From Carpediemonas membranifera BICM (taxonomy: Eukaryota; Protista; Fornicata): a stretch of DNA of 64,000 nt. The notes under the pieces are model-generated. The model was not told the DNA's origin. It searched no databases and saw only the letters and a list, made by a program, of their open reading frames with translations. A program made the translations under genes and the position numbers. Of the stretch, positions 11,301-22,987 are shown piece by piece. Location: assembly GCA_019828565.1 (NCBI GenBank), contig JAHDYR010000062.1, positions 483,666-547,665 on the forward strand, read 5' to 3'. Numbering within the stretch: position 1 is the stretch's first letter; each line of letters begins with the position of its first letter.

Positions 11301-14300
11301 TTACAACCCTTCCGACTTGGCCTGAGCAGACGACAAGAAGTCATTCAGAGCAGCAGCGTCTCTAAGGGAGCGGTATGGCTCCCAGGTAGCCTCGGAGTCT
11401 TCAAATCCTTGCCAATGGACAAGGTACTCTCTCTTTGAGACCGAGCCCGAGCCACGCGACTTGGATATCCGGTCGATATACCACTCCTCCACGCCGGCGG
11501 CCGCCACCTGCTTGATCTGTTCCTCTGATAGGGTGCCGGGGACGAACTTTCTGACGCGAGACGCATCGACCCGGATGGGTTCCGCTCCGGGCTGACCTAA
11601 GTCTTTCACCATGTAGGCTACTACAACACCGCTCTGCTTGACAGACGACACTCGTCGCATAGGCCCTCTCCAGCCCGGGGAAAGCTTGTTTGGAGGGCGC
11701 GAGGGATATTTCACGAGCACAAACCGTGACAAGATCTCCGTGCGGGTGGTGGAGGCATTCGCCAACGCGTCTTCGCGCATGGCCAGGACACGTGCCTTGG
11801 CCAATTGTGTAGCGGCTTCGGCAGCGAGGAGATGCGACGTACGAGCTGCTGCCGTGCTGTTCTCGGTAACGTATAACTTCTCCGGCACCGCCATGTTGCT
11901 CCCGAACAGTATCTCGGCGGGGGAAAGGCGTGTTGGTTGTCTTGGCATGGAATTGACAATAAACTGCGCAACCGGTAAATGCTGACGCCAATTGCCGTTT
12001 CTGAGCTCAAACTTCCTTGCCTTGAGCACTCTCTCGACCATCTGGTTAGCTCTCTCAACCATTCCGTTGGACTGAGGGTGATGCGCGGTGGTAACGTGTG
12101 TCTCGAATCCCATGTCCTGTGCCAGCTTCTTCATGAGAGCATTATTGAACTCGGGACCTCCGTCAGACTGCAGCACTCGTGGGCAACCGTAACGCAGCAC
12201 CCATGTGTTGACGAAGGCATCCACGGCATCGCGTGCGGTGGTAGACTTGACGGGGGCTAGCTCCGTCCACCTGGAACACATGTCTATCATGACTTGGACG
12301 TATTTGTAGCCGTCACGCTCCGGGAGCGGACCTAGAGTATCGATTGCCACCCGCTGGAACGGTGCATCCACAGCCGTGTGTAGACCGTCTGTTTTTTTCA
12401 ACAGGCGGTCTCTCCAAGACCTGGCAGACAGGGCACTTGGCGACGTAGTCGTAAACGTCACGGCGAGTAACTGAGACACCGGCTTCCCGCAAACGTTCCA
12501 TGGTTAACCGTCCGGAGAGGTGGGCGTTACCGAACAGGTGGGCTTTGCTGATCTCATCAACTGACGCTAGCGAGAATACGCGCGACAGACCGTCGGCTCC
12601 CCCGTTGTCTAAAACCGGCCACGTGCTTCAATTCGAAATCTAGGTCTGCAATAGAATCGGCCCATCTACGCACCTTAGCGTTACTCGACCTATACATGTA
12701 CAAGAGGTTGCGATGGTCGGTGAGGAGCTCGAATCTCTCCCAGGACAAGAACTTCCTCCACTTCTGAAGGGCTGACACAATCGCAAAGGCTTCCTTCTCG
12801 CCGACACTCCATCTGGATTGGACGTCTGTGAAGGCTTTGGACATATAACACACGGGGCGACCCTCCTGCAGGAGGACAGCCCCGTACCCCACGTCGGATG
12901 CGTCAGTCATCACGACATGAGGTTTGGTCGCGTCGAACATCGCCAAAGAATCTGCCGAGCACAAGGCTTCTTTGATATCCGCTAGGGCAGCCTCTAGCTC
13001 TTTCTCTGGCACGGCCGTACGGTTAGTCGTTGCAGACACGAGTGGTTTGGCGCGGGTCGCGTAGTTCGGTACGAAGTCGCGGAAGTAGTTAAAGAATCCG
13101 ACTAGACCTTGCATCCCCTTGACTGTAGGCGACAGCTTCATGTCTTGGATATCGTTGACTCTCTCTGGTGAGATCCTGACTGACCCCTCGGAAATGATCC
13201 AGCCGAGGAACTCCACCTCGGCCCGACCGAACTGACACTTGTCCCTTCCGAGCTGGAGCTTGTACTCACGGGCGCGCTGGAGGACCTTCCTCAGGTTCTC
13301 GATGTATTCCTCAGGCGTGGCACCCATGACGATCACGTCGTCGATGTAAATGATGCAGGCGGTCCCAAGTAGCCCTCTGAACGCGTTTTCCATCGCTCTC
13401 TGAAAGAAAGCACCGGCATTGCGAAGCCCAAAGGGCATCCGTGTATATTGGAACTGGCCGAAGGTAGTCCTGAACGCGGTATACTTCCGGCAACGCTCAG
13501 TAAGGGCGATCTGGTGGTAGCCGGCAGACAGATCGAGCGTTGCGAACACTCGCTTACCCGAAAGTTGTGTGATAACTTCGTCAATTCGAGGGATGGGGTA
13601 ATCAAATGGCTCTGTCATGGTGTTGACTTCACGAAAGTCGACGACAAAGCGAGTCTTGCCACCCTTCTTGGGTACGATGATAGTTGGGCTGGAATAGGCC
13701 GATTGACACGCCTGTATATACCTCTTGGCCAGAAGGGTATCGATGTGTTCCTTGACAACCGGGACCTTTGGGGGCGGAACATAGTAGGGACGTACGTGGA
13801 CGACTCGATCGCCCTTGAGGCATAGGTCGTAGGGCTCGAGCTTGCTCGGTTCAGTACGGTCACGGAAGAGGTCTTCGTACTCCTTGAGCAGCTTGATCTG
13901 CTGGCTCGCGATACCATCGGGGAGGGTAAGAGCCTTAGCTTCAAACTTGCTCGGGACGGGAGGATCGTCAGTTGCTTCGCTCTCCGAGTTGCTAGGCTGG
14001 GCCATTGAGGGCAGCAGTCCGATCTCTACCATCTGGCTGTAACCAAAACTGACTTCGTACGCAGTTTTGAGAACGAAAGCGCGAATCTTCAGCTCGCAGC
14101 CACGTGGCGTGAAGGGAGATGGCCTCAACGTGATCTGCACCGATACGGCGCCTTCAGCTTCTCGTATTCCACCTGCCGTTTGGATGCGTACAGTATCGTG
14201 GTTGATCCTGGTAACGGCTGGCGAGGAGCACAGATCGGGAGATATCGTGGCACAGTCAGCACCAGAGTCTAGTAAGACCTTCACTTCGGCCTTCTCGATG

Positions 14301-15340
14301 ACTCCATTGACTACAGGCAACGACCCTCCACCTGACGCAGCGGAAAATAAACACTTCGCCCCGTTTACTGGGGACTTAAAACGGCAGAACTTCTCGAGGT
14401 GACCCTGCTTCTTGCAAACCGGGCATGTGGCACGATCCCGCGGGCACTTGAAGGATGGATGGCCCGTCTCGCCGCAGTTGTAGCACACCAGCTCGCGCTT
14501 GCCCTCTCCTCGTTGGTTCGGGGCTCTTGCGGCTGGCTTATCCTGATGATGAGGCTTGGCGATTGGCTTGGGGGCGGGATGGGTGGGTTCGTGGTGAAGA
14601 CCGCGATGGGGTTTGCCCGACTTAGCCTTGGTTGACGACTGCTTGTCGGTCATTCCGATGGAACGCAGCATGGCACGAGATTCCTCGATATCGCGAGCGA
14701 TATCAATCACCCGCGGCATAGCCTGTTCGAGGGAGAAGCCTTCGGTGAGATCCTTAACCTTGTACTGAACGCGCGAATTATCGGGTAGCTTAAAGCAACG
14801 CGCGTAGGTGTCGCAGAGGATCTCAGAGTCTACCCCGGGATCAACAAGGGAGAGGAGGGTTCTGAACCGTCGGTTCACTCGAACCACCTCCTGCGGAGTA
14901 AAGGACGAGATGGAGAGACGGAACAAGTCGAGACGGGCAGAAAAACGGGACGGTTGCAGTGCTCTACCGAGCCGCTTGAGGACGCGGTCGTCTTTAGCGA
15001 GACGCTTGGCCTTGCGCTTACGCTTGTGCGTCTTTCGGACAGCTGCGGTTAGGATGAGGGACTGCTGGAGGGGTTGCTCGTCGTCTTTAGGCGTTCCGGC
15101 TACTGGTGAACCTTCATCGTTCACGGGGACAGAGGCCTCAGCCGAGGGGATGGCTTCAGAGGCCTTGGCGAAGAGGTTAAAGCCGAGAGCGTCAGCGTAC
15201 CGTTGGACTTCGGTGTCAATCATGTCGGCAACGTCGGCATCACCGCCTTTGGCTCGGTACTCGGACAAATCCTCGGCGAATCGGACTAACGACTCAATGG
15301 TCGTCTTCTTTAGCATAGGCATATTGTTATAGAGCGTCAT
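11301..15340 (-). CDS. Gypsy-2 Gag-Pol: two CCHC knuckles, protease, RT, RNase H, integrase, chromodomain; frameshifts in homopolymers near 12613 and 12395
   Basis: CYNCGETGHPSFKC, CPVCKKQGHLEKFC; LDSGA; LDLSAGYHQ, MPFGL, YIDD; TDASD, TDHRNL; CPVCQ; IDTLGP, SDGG, NGMVE; WYIDRI...EYLVHWQGF...TWEP. Confidence 0.95.
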
Positions 15341-15361
15341 CAAAACGTGGAATACTAGTAT

Positions 15362-15485
15362 TGTGGTTCGTTTGACGAACTATGTTTACAGGGGAGAAGA
15401 CTCGACACAATGGTGTCGAGGAGAAACTCCTTGACTAACTAATATCATATATAAATCTGTGTAATCTTGGGTGAGACCCATGACA
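15362..15485 (-). repeat. Gypsy-2 5' LTR (124 bp)
   Basis: Identical to 9448-9571; the gag ATG follows 21 nt downstream. Confidence 0.95.
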
Positions 15486-16704
15486 TCTCGGCAGCTATCC
15501 CGGACGAGCCCAGAGCCAACACAGTCAATGTCCCAGGCATCACGTATGTCCCCACCATCGACGGAAAGTCCGAACAGCCATACCAAAGTAGGTTCTTCGA
15601 CAACGGCCTGGAGGAAAAGGCGAGGCGGATTAGCACCAGGATGGTGGGCAGGCACTTCGGCCAGGACGCGGATCAAGGACATCACGACCAGCATGGAGAC
15701 AGGGAAGAGGACAGAAGGGTAGGACACGGAGCCGGCGGTAGAGCTGGTGTCAGAGCTGACGACAGAACCGGCGACAGAGCTGGTAACATGAACAGGACCT
15801 CGGATCGTAACCACGGAGGAGACGACAGGGAGAGACAGGACAACACGGGAACGCAGATGAGAGGCTCGTTCAGCGGGAACACCTGGGCCGGTAGAGGCTC
15901 AGAGGGAGGCATGGACAACAGCAAGGATCACTCTTCCTCCACGACGCTCAAGCGCAAGGAGGGCAGCACGAGTAGGATCATGGACTCGGACAGCGGAAAG
16001 AGAAGCAGGTACGAAGAGGACACGGACTGGGAGTCTGGAAGCAGACAGGCAACCGGCATGGACTCGGAGAAGCTGCGGCTCCGAAAGCAGTTGGCAGAGG
16101 CGCAACAAGAGATCTCAGCGCTCAAGGCTGCCCGACTCATGCAAGAGCAAGGCCACGGAAGGTTGGTGCTCTCCGGCGTCGCGACTAAGCCCAGCAAGGA
16201 GAAGCCCACGATCCCCCGGCACAAGCACAAGAAGGCTAAGAAGGCCAAGCAGATCTCACCCATGGACCTGATGACCCAGTTCATCATGGTAATGCAGAGT
16301 CTACAAGGACAGCAAGCGAGTCAGGCCGAGGACAGCTGCAGCGGCAGTGGGGAGTCCACGGAGGAGGAGTAAGGACATGGTAAAGCAGTATTCTTTCAAG
16401 GAACAAGCAACATTTTCTTTATAATTCACAAGCCCTGGCTCCCACCCAGGGCCCGGCATTAGCTGAAATGCACTGCCGGTAGGCTGTAGCGGCAGCCAAA
16501 GGGGGGGTCACGTCATATCGTCCCCCTCCTAAGTACCCTGCCCGAAGAATGGAAGGTCACCAGGAGGTAACAAGGTTGGCCTGACAAGGGTCACCGAGAC
16601 CGGCATCTAGGCCCCTTGTTAGGACAAGGATAGCAGGAGAGGAGCGGGAAGCTGGGGCTCCCAAATTCTGGGAATTCGCAGGATAAGGAACCAGGACAAA
16701 GGCA

Positions 16705-18150
16705 ATGGTAACCTACAAGATACTTAGTCTGAACACAGAGGGACACATAGGAAGAGGAAAGGACTTCACGGCGTCTATGGCAACGGCGATTCAGCTAAGG
16801 TTGAAGGACATAGAGGCAGTACTCATACAAGAGACATGGAGAACGGCGAATACGAGGGTTCATTGCTTCATGGACCTTGACTACGCACTAGCAGGGAGGG
16901 AGACGGAAGAGGACCTGGTCTTAGCCAACGAAAAACGAAAGGCGGATGTCAAAAGTCAGCACCGCATCAACCGACAACTAGGCATAGCAGGCAATGACGA
17001 ACCTGCGCCAAGATGGAAGGGAACAAGGGAAGGCATCGGCACGATAGTGAGCCCACACGCAACTGCAAAGTGGGACATCGGCATAACGGACAGCCTATCG
17101 GGAAGAGTGCAAGCCAGCATAATGAGAACCGGCAGGGACATACTAGTCATCAACGTGTATGGCCCTCCATCCGGCCACAGCAAGCAGGAGAAGGATGGAT
17201 TCAGGGACACTATACAGAAGATCATGGACATGAAAGGGAGCATGGAGGCCATAATTATGGGAGACTGGAACATCGACCCAGGCCAGATGGAAAGATCCAC
17301 CCGGTGGAAGGATATGATGGAGAAGCACAGGCTCAAAGCCATCATACCCAAGTCTGGGACGCTCACATCAGGAACATCAACCCCGGACTTTGCAGTGACA
17401 ACACCAGGAATCCAGGGGGCGGAGATTGAGGTGGTAGAGTCTCAGAAGGTCGGGGTATGGGGCTCAGCACACAATGGAATCACACTAGCATGGAAGGAAC
17501 AACGGTACTATGGCAGAAGTGAGCGAGACGTGGCTCTGGCCATACCCGAGGTGCACACCTGGCCCATGAAAAAGAAGGAGGGGCCAGTCACAGTCTCAAA
17601 GCTGAACAGGATCAAGAGCTCGGACCAATGGGAAGAGACTATAAGAGCATGCATGGGCGACCCAGTGAACAACAGGGGAGCAAAGGCAAGGGACAAAGTG
17701 TTCGGGAACGGAGTGTGGAGCGAACTCCAGCGAACCCCATGGACAGAAATAGGCAACAGGACCAGGAAGGAAAGGATGAAAGAGGAGCTGGAGAAATACT
17801 GGGGAGAGCGCAGGGCCAAATGGATGGCCGACCTCAGCAGAAGTGCAAAAGGGGGGTATAGGGCCTCAAGGGCCTCAGTGGAAGCTGCCATCAGAAGGTG
17901 GTGGTGTGATAACCAATACAAGGGAATGCCGGAGAGCCTCCTCAAGGACGGAGTGATAACCACGGACAAGGCGGCCATCAGCGAGATCCTCTTGCAACAG
18001 TATGCTAGAGTCAGCAGAGGCAGGGAACCCACCTGGAAGACATGGAGGGGCAGGGACGGAAATGAGTTCAAGGAAAGCGAGGTCAAAGCCGCAATCACGG
18101 CAGGACTACGGGAACTGGCAAAGGTTTACAACAGCTTCAAGGTGGAATAG
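16705..18150 (+). pseudogene. LINE A ORF2: APE endonuclease intact, RT removed by an internal deletion after 18097
   Basis: LSLNTEG, LIQET, INVYGP, IMGDWN, TPDFA, SAHNGI. Near-identical to LINE C up to VKAAI (18097), then jumps to a terminus resembling the end of LINE B ORF2. Confidence 0.88.
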
Positions 18151-19068
18151 AAGCATGTCATGAATCCCTGACTCCAGGACCGGGAAGGGATGGACAAGGA
18201 ATCAGCCATGGACCACCCTCGCTGGGTGCTAAGCTCCTGGGATCAGTGAGGAAAGGCCCCACGTATCCCGGTAGCCAGGAACCAAAAGCAAGGGAAGGAA
18301 CGACTGCAAGGAAAGAACAGGAAGGACAGACCAGAAATAAGAAAGAAAGGACATGCGACAAGGACAGAGCAAGGATAAGGTCAAGGAAATCCATATTCAT
18401 ATGGTTGCACCACTCGTTGGGACCCCAAGGAAACTGCAGGGACTGGCCACGGGGGTCGGAGGGGCACAGGTGCCCCTGCCGCCCTTGTTAACGACATGGG
18501 AAACCAAGGACATGTAGTGCAAGCGAAATGTTGTAAGGGGTAACAGGACAACCAGGCCTAGTGCCTGGGGGTACACCACCCATGCCCTGACCCACGCCAC
18601 CTAACCGGGGTAGACAGCATGGACTTAGTCACTTTCCCCGCCTTCGGGTAGGCTTCTTAACAGAGTCGAGGGGGCATGGAATTGGGGAACCGGACAGACG
18701 AGAGGGTGCCGTGGCTGAACGGCTCTACAAGGACTGCAGGGAAGCAAGGAGTGTCATAGTCAAGGTTCTGCAGGACGATCCTGCCTGTCAACGCCCCGAG
18801 GACAGACCCCCAGGCTCCCCGGATAGTTGCCGGACCTTCAGGGAGACAGGAAAGCATATTTGCACGGAGATGGCCGCAGGGCTTCTGGGGCGATTGGAAT
18901 CGGCTTTCCGCGGAGACAGTAGCACCGAAAGCCCAAGGCAAACGCTGCTGACCAGTTTGCCACGGGAAATAGGCAGTACCCCGGGGCACTCAGCTCCAAG
19001 ACAACGGGAAACAAGCTCAGTCCGGGGTCAGAATCCAAGCACCATAAATTTCTTTCTTTCTTTCTTTC

Positions 19069-21445
19069 ATTCATTTGCGGAGATCATCTCTCTGACACCC
19101 GACCAGCCTTCAGCCCAGGAGCTGACGCACGTTTATGGCTCCCTGCAATGCGCAAGTCAGAAGTGTTACCAGCAACATCACCTTATCCATCCAATATCAC
19201 ATTTATCTTAAACCAGCCAGGCCCCAAGCATGCCGGCCTTCTTCTCAATCGCCACAAAGTTGGGCGCGTCATCCTTCGCCGTTGATAGAGAAGGGAAGGG
19301 TAGACCGCTGTCACCCTCGTCGGCACCGGCCAACAGAGCGAGCTGCCAGCGCGACCAGGCCGCCGGATTCATTTGCGGAGATCATCTCTCTGACACCCGA
19401 CCAGCCTTCAGCCCAGGAGCTGACGCACGTTTATGGCTCCCTGCAATGCGCAAGTCAGAAGTGTTACCAGCAACATCACCTTATCCATCCAATATCACAT
19501 TTATCTTAAACCAGCCAGGCCCCAAGCATGCCGGCCTTCTTCTCAATCGCCACAAAGTTGGGCGCGTCATCCTTCGCCGTTGATAGAGAAGGGAAGGGTA
19601 GACCGCTGTCACCCTCGTCGGCACCGGCCAACAGAGCGAGCTGCCAGCGCGACCAGGCCGCCGGATTCATTTGCGGAGATCATCTCTCTGACACCCGACC
19701 AGCCTTCAGCCCAGGAGCTGACGCACGTTTATGGCTCCCTGCAATGCGCAAGTCAGAAGTGTTACCAGCAACATCACCTTATCCATCCAATATCACATTT
19801 ATCTTAAACCAGCCAGGCCCCAAGCATGCCGGCCTTCTTCTCAATCGCCACAAAGTTGGGCGCGTCATCCTTCGCCGTTGATAGAGAAGGGAAGGGTAGA
19901 CCGCTGTCACCCTCGTCGGCACCGGCCAACAGAGCGAGCTGCCAGCGCGACCAGGCCGCCGGATTCATTTGCGGAGATCATCTCTCTGACACCCGACCAG
20001 CCTTCAGCCCAGGAGCTGACGCACGTTTATGGCTCCCTGCAATGCGCAAGTCAGAAGTGTTACCAGCAACATCACCTTATCCATCCAATATCACATTTAT
20101 CTTAAACCAGCCAGGCCCCAAGCATGCCGGCCTTCTTCTCAATCGCCACAAAGTTGGGCGCGTCATCCTTCGCCGTTGATAGAGAAGGGAAGGGTAGACC
20201 GCTGTCACCCTCGTCGGCACCGGCCAACAGAGCGAGCTGCCAGCGCGACCAGGCCGCCGGATTCATTTGCGGAGATCATCTCTCTGACACCCGACCAGCC
20301 TTCAGCCCAGGAGCTGACGCACGTTTATGGCTCCCTGCAATGCGCAAGTCAGAAGTGTTACCAGCAACATCACCTTATCCATCCAATATCACATTTATCT
20401 TAAACCAGCCAGGCCCCAAGCATGCCGGCCTTCTTCTCAATCGCCACAAAGTTGGGCGCGTCATCCTTCGCCGTTGATAGAGAAGGGAAGGGTAGACCGC
20501 TGTCACCCTCGTCGGCACCGGCCAACAGAGCGAGCTGCCAGCGCGACCAGGCCGCCGGATTCATTTGCGGAGATCATCTCTCTGACACCCGACCAGCCTT
20601 CAGCCCAGGAGCTGACGCACGTTTATGGCTCCCTGCAATGCGCAAGTCAGAAGTGTTACCAGCAACATCACCTTATCCATCCAATATCACATTTATCTTA
20701 AACCAGCCAGGCCCCAAGCATGCCGGCCTTCTTCTCAATCGCCACAAAGTTGGGCGCGTCATCCTTCGCCGTTGATAGAGAAGGGAAGGGTAGACCGCTG
20801 TCACCCTCGTCGGCACCGGCCAACAGAGCGAGCTGCCAGCGCGACCAGGCCGCCGGATTCATTTGCGGAGATCATCTCTCTGACACCCGACCAGCCTTCA
20901 GCCCAGGAGCTGACGCACGTTTATGGCTCCCTGCAATGCGCAAGTCAGAAGTGTTACCAGCAACATCACCTTATCCATCCAATATCACATTTATCTTAAA
21001 CCAGCCAGGCCCCAAGCATGCCGGCCTTCTTCTCAATCGCCACAAAGTTGGGCGCGTCATCCTTCGCCGTTGATAGAGAAGGGAAGGGTAGACCGCTGTC
21101 ACCCTCGTCGGCACCGGCCAACAGAGCGAGCTGCCAGCGCGACCAGGCCGCCGGATTCATTTGCGGAGATCATCTCTCTGACACCCGACCAGCCTTCAGC
21201 CCAGGAGCTGACGCACGTTTATGGCTCCCTGCAATGCGCAAGTCAGAAGTGTTACCAGCAACATCACCTTATCCATCCAATATCACATTTATCTTAAACC
21301 AGCCAGGCCCCAAGCATGCCGGCCTTCTTCTCAATCGCCACAAAGTTGGGCGCGTCATCCTTCGCCGTTGATAGAGAAGGGAAGGGTAGACCGCTGTCAC
21401 CCTCGTCGGCACCGGCCAACAGAGCGAGCTGCCAGCGCGACCAGG
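19069..21445. repeat. Tandem array of about 8 identical 298-bp units
   Basis: Units start at 19069, 19367, 19665, 19963, 20261, 20559, 20857 and 21155. Each contains the last ~50 codons, stop and downstream sequence of Sin3 on the minus strand. The array runs directly into Sin3 coding sequence at 21446. Confidence 0.98.
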
Positions 21446-21967
21446 GGCACGCATAGAGGTTCGTGGCGAGCTTCTGGACGTGGCTGATGAGGCGCCGTGC
21501 TGTCCATATGGGATAGGCGTGGGGCCCGCACACAGCCCGCCCGTGGTCCTCGAACTCGGCCTGCTCGACGTGGTTCGAGCAGACCCGCTCGATCGACCGC
21601 TGGCACTCCTGCAGGATGTCGCTGCGGCTCACAGGCGTGCGCTCGATCTCTACGAAGGTCTGGGGGGCGCGCTTGTGGGCGATGATGTCGTCCCGGGTGG
21701 CCATGCGGATGCCGGCCTCGCCCTCCGGCACAGCGGGATCGGGGTCGACGGGGAGGCTGTCGCGGCAACGCTGGACGAAGACCTCAGGCGCTCGGCCCTT
21801 GAATCTGTCGCGACTGTTGCTGGCCGCGGCATCCACGACGAGGTCGAACCGACTCGCCAGGGCCCACACCATGCGGATCATGGCGTACAGCGGGGCAGAG
21901 ACCACCATGGTGACGTCCTCGGCATCGGGGGCGAGCAGACGGTTGCCCACAGCGGCGCAGACGTACT
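21294..21967 (-). pseudogene. 3' fragment of the Sin3-like gene, continued at 32672-32737 across LINE B
   Basis: Near-identical to ~63292-63965 and 37925-38598. Confidence 0.9.
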
Positions 21968-22987
21968 GAAAGAAAGAAAGAAATTTAACGTATCCTGTAC
22001 ACCTGTGTAAATCAGGGAATTACCAGTTTGCACCACCCCATGTCCCCGGGAACGCCTTAGCGTGTTGACTTCCCTTCGTGAGCGAGCCTGAGACTACGTT
22101 GGGGGCGTTAGCACCATCACCGTCAGGGTCCAGCTGGTAAGGCTGGGTAGTCCCTTGCATGTTGACCTATCAACTGGCTGGCCCGATACCCCCAAAGTCG
22201 GGATAACCCAGGTCTTACTCTTGGGGGTCCTTCGGGCCCCCGTTCTGCCTGGCACCCGCAAGGCCTTGCCCTGCACACCCGCCACCGGGGCCTTCTGCTC
22301 GGTTTCCCCCTACAGGGCTCCTCTCAGGGATATGTTCTCCATACCATTCGACCCAGTTTGCAATTTTTCAGGCACCCGCCGAAGCGGTTTCGGGCTTGGC
22401 GTTTGCCGTACCACGCAATTGGGCCAGTTATGAAACCCACCGATCATCGCTGGGTAGCTATATGATTCACGGCTGCGTTCGGGCTCTTCCACACTTTCCG
22501 TTCCGGCATGGATCCCCTCCTCAAGGATTTGTTCCCTTTAGGGCTTCTTCCTAGCTTCCGGCTGGTTCCAAGTTTTGGGTGCCGGGCCGTTCGGCGCAGC
22601 TCTGTTTTGGTCCAGGTGCCGCCCAGGTGGTATTGTTGCCTTATGGTTACCCTCCTGTTTGGCTGCTGCGCCCCGATACCTCGCACGTACGTGTATACAT
22701 GTGCATACGTGCCCCGCCCTATGGCTCTGGGTTGTTTCTTATACGTGTGAAGAGTGTGCCGGTTCTGCCGGCTGAATGTTGTCTACGTTCCCAGTATGGG
22801 TGAGCGTTTGTGTGTTAGTGAGATTAGTGTTCGGGGTTGAGTCCCCCTTCCGCGGCTGGGTGCTACCGGGATACGTGGGGCTTGCGTCCCCCGCTGATCC
22901 CAGGAGCGCTCCGCTTCGGTTGAGGCGTGGTGTTGGGTCCCAGCTTGACCCTGGTCCCAGAGGTCATAGGATTCTGGGATGGTGTAC

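Larger units (their letters stand above)
9448..15485 (-). mobile_element. Ty3/Gypsy chromodomain LTR retrotransposon (Gypsy-2), 6038 bp, with an extra antisense ORF
   Basis: Identical 124-bp LTRs at 9448-9571 and 15362-15485 (TG...CA). 4-bp TSD TCTC (9444-9447, 15486-15489). The empty site CTAG-TCTC-GGCAG is visible in LINE C near 37690-37701. PPT GGAGGGGCAG on the minus strand at 9572-9581. Confidence 0.97.
1435..16372 (+). pseudogene. LINE A ORF1 (>1000 aa reconstructed) with central MAEL/arenavirus-NP-like DEDDh exonuclease domain and C-terminal coiled coil; split by two Gypsy insertions and frameshifts
   Basis: Segments ~1435-2688, 7613-9447 and 15490-16372. Removing Gypsy-1 restores SDTSAW|SISRFMEE in frame. 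Blocks shared with LINE B ORF1: QGPV, EExRD, AWxK, DFE, PPATFV, AKG, VCPYH, HCxLAD, SFxPRDWG, KRxRxEDTD. Confidence 0.8.
1435..19068 (+). mobile_element. APE-type non-LTR retrotransposon (LINE A), RT internally deleted, carrying two nested Gypsy elements; about 6.7 kb without them
   Basis: 14-bp TSD ATTCATTTGCGGAG at 1421-1434 and 19069-19082. 3' end TAAA(TTTC)5, tail at 19049-19068. ORF1 and APE ORF2 are colinear with LINE B and near-identical to LINE C. Confidence 0.9.

Noticed and set aside
19069-21445. CRISPR array or tandem RNA-gene (5S, SL, snRNA) cluster
   Set aside because: Units are fully identical with no variable spacers and there are no cas genes. About half the unit is Sin3 coding sequence, and I recognised no RNA-gene motif. 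An Rfam scan would settle it.
19135-21487. Repeated 124-aa and 117-aa ORFs as a gene family
   Set aside because: By-products of a 298-bp period, partly antisense to Sin3, with no domain features.
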